Assembly (NCBI GenBank): GCA_937124615.1
Contig: CAKZKR010000069.1
Location: forward strand, 3,819-67,818
DNA: 64,000 nt
DNA from: an uncultured bacterium
GTDB lineage: Bacteria; Hydrogenedentota; Hydrogenedentia; Hydrogenedentales; Hydrogenedentaceae
Reading direction: 5' to 3'
Shown piece after piece: positions 62,104 through 64,000 of the stretch. The position numbers and the translations under genes are program-made. Each line of letters opens with the position of its first letter. Positions within the stretch are counted from its first letter, which is position 1. The notes below the pieces were generated by a model, which saw only the letters and a program-made list of their open reading frames with translations, was not told the DNA's origin and did not search any database.

Positions 62104-63089
62104 AGGTTCGTTGAGAAACTATTAATGGATTACATCAGATAAAAAAATATAAAAACAAAAAAACGCAATTCTTTTTAGACCCAAAGAGAATAAATCATTT
62201 ATTGCATAGAACCGATTCTGTTCTAATCCCCAAAAAAACTCCTAAATAGATTTCTTTCTAAACTCCTTCCGCCGGCCCCTTGGAACGATAAAAGAGTCTA
62301 TCCAGGGAAAAAATATCTCCACACCCTCTTCTACACTCGGAAATTTTTTCATTTCAAAATAACTAATTCCTCTTAAGAAACCATAAGCACCTATAAACAT
62401 GAAAACCCCTTGAAATAGGTTTAAAAACTCTAAAAAAATCAGACAAGAACAAGATAACAGCAGATAATAACTCAACCTATCAAAAATAAAATTAATGGAA
62501 TTACTATTAATATCCCCTCCAAACCAATTGGACACTTAGGACCAGATTTGTAATCCCACTTTACTACTAAAATTAAAAAGAATACGATTCCTAATAAAGA
62601 AAAAAAATAGCATGTTCTACTTCGTAATTAATTATAGAAAAATGAGTAAACATATTGAATAAGCTTGTAATATTTATTCGTTTATAAAATGTCTATTACG
62701 ATCCACCAGAGCTTTCAAAACACATAAAAATGCACTCTTTCTCTCAAAAAATCGAACTCCTCACACCAAATATCTCCTTGTAATAAATACCCCTATAAAG
62801 GTAAATACAATAAAAATCAAAACAAATATAGCTGATACAAACAATTTCTTCCGTTTATTTTATTCATTATCAATCTCTACTTCGTCATAATCTATTGTTA
62901 GAAGGGATAAAAACTTGTTTTGGGATGTCCTGATTTACCATTATTGTTTCCGGATAAATTTTTATAATAATTTCATACTTTTTAACATTTGGCTCTACAA
63001 AAGCAGAGTAAAAAGTATCCATTAAACAATCCAAAAACTTTTTAATAGGAAATAATTTGGTTCATACTATTTTATTTTTAGAGCAGGTT

Positions 63090-64000
63090 CTATCCGAATG
63101 TTTGTCTCATGCAATCACAATAATAGAGAATGTTATCCCATTTCGCATCGGGCGGAATGCGGTGGTCCGGACAAGGAATAAAACCTCCTAATTCTACCAG
63201 CGGCTTTAACCTTTCTATTTCGCGGTCTACGGCTTCTCTATCATGCAAGAAAACGACTTTATTCATTCCCCCTACACCTCGCAATTCTTTTCCATACTTC
63301 TCACGCCACGGAGCAATACTTGCATTCCATGTTCCAACTTCAATCGGGAACATTGTATTTACGCCATTTTTAAACCATGTGGGAATCAAAGCATCAATAC
63401 AACCATCACAATCAAGCGAAACAATATCCAAACCATAACTTTTGCATAAATCTGTTATTCGTTTATAGTGTGGACCCACCAACTCATCAAAAACGGATGG
63501 AATTACCAGAGGACCATTTTTGAAACAAATATCTTCCCAGAAGTGAGCGAAATCATATTTAGCCCCGTTCTGTAATGCTCTTTTGGTATTCTGATAACAC
63601 AATTCGCCATAGGTATCAATCATCTCCTTGAATAAATCCGGGGCATCTGCATAAATATAACTTAATCCTACAACACCTGTGATGTTTCGTAAAGAACCTA
63701 ATAAACTTCCACAGTGAAGACCGTAGAGGTAATCCCTTTCATTTTTCTTAAGGAACTCCTCACCTCCTTCCCCAAAAGGAATCATTCTATCATTTACGCG
63801 GACGGGCGTCTTGAGAATTCTATCTTCGTTATATTGAAGTCGGGGCAAATAATGTTTTTCCCAATCCTTCCAGGTTTTTAGAAGATGGTCAAATTCAGCA
63901 GGAATTGACACGGCCCCCGGTTTTTCAAGGACAATTACACCATCTTCATTTCGAACTTTCTTTGACCCGTCCGACAATTCTTCAAGAACTTCCCTCTCAA
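63090..64000 (-). CDS. Uroporphyrinogen-decarboxylase-family protein (URO-D / MtaA-like), 5' end beyond the window
   Basis: The frame stays open from 63977 to the window edge, so the track's TTG start at 63977 is probably internal. TIM-barrel URO-D-like composition. C-terminal …IPCPDHRIPP…. Confidence 0.45.
   Translation of the reverse strand, partial: EREVLEELSDGSKKVRNEDGVIVLEKPGAVSIPAEFDHLLKTWKDWEKHYLPRLQYNEDRILKTPVRVNDRMIPFGEGGEEFLKKNERDYLYGLHCGSLLGSLRNITGVVGLSYIYADAPDLFKEMIDTYGELCYQNTKRALQNGAKYDFAHFWEDICFKNGPLVIPSVFDELVGPHYKRITDLCKSYGLDIVSLDCDGCIDALIPTWFKNGVNTMFPIEVGTWNASIAPWREKYGKELRGVGGMNKVVFLHDREAVDREIERLKPLVELGGFIPCPDHRIPPDAKWDNILYYCDCMRQTFG

Noticed and set aside
62242-62535. 97-aa minus-strand hydrophobic ORF in the gene-poor region
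   Set aside because: No start-site signals or motifs. Retained only as a remark inside the gene-poor-region finding.
62885-63022. 45-aa minus-strand ORF (MDTFYSAFVEPNVKKYEIIIKIYPE…) just downstream of the URO-D-like gene
   Set aside because: No convincing ribosome-binding site, very short and AT-driven. Could not be tied to toxin-antitoxin or any other family.

Overview
The window reads as an AT-rich bacterial chromosomal segment from a flagellated, diderm-type organism: genes for the flagellar L-ring and P-ring, a SurA-like periplasmic PPIase and a twin-arginine (TAT) signal are present. Working from the six-frame track and motif reading only, I see three parts. (1) A left block, about 0.3-17.8 kb, is dominated by secreted and membrane proteins. 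It is mostly co-directional and tightly spaced. It contains an SDR, a neutral-ceramidase-like hydrolase, a GT-C (PMT/ArnT-like) glycosyltransferase with a C-terminal TPR region, a GH28-like beta-helix hydrolase, a polytopic membrane protein and a 1541-aa secreted giant with an alpha-mannosidase-like C-terminal signature. Converging on it are two paralogous secreted S1-like serine peptidases carrying TSP3/Calx-beta-like and dockerin-like calcium-binding modules. This is the most accessory-looking part and the best candidate for an undescribed system, plausibly envelope glycoconjugate or sphingolipid remodelling, or secreted degradation. (2) A central housekeeping stretch holds surE, an orphan CheY-like receiver sitting in extremely AT-rich DNA, an inositol-monophosphatase-family enzyme with two N-terminal AT-hook motifs, a dapL-like aminotransferase and PTS EIIA-Ntr. 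It continues with a radical-SAM protein divergent from a 2Fe-2S ferredoxin, a module of long NfeD, small ORF, short NfeD and FloA flotillin, the operon phoH/7TM-HD/ybeY/corC/corC, ftsB-like, eno, a PPIase, and rpoC and rpoB with rsmI upstream instead of rplJL. (3) The right part holds a nine-gene flagellar operon, flgF-flgG-flgA-flgH-flgI-flgJ(rod-binding only)-EF-hand ORF-unknown ORF-flgL. Upstream of it, on the minus strand, lies a perfect sigma-54 -24/-12 element, and the leader carries a GC-rich palindromic hairpin. This part also holds engB, rimO, a lipoprotein with a clean intrinsic terminator, a TAT-signal FAD oxidoreductase, a roughly 1 kb gene-poor AT-rich gap and a partial URO-D/MtaA-family gene at the window edge. 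I found no rRNA, tRNA, CRISPR array, transposase or integrase.
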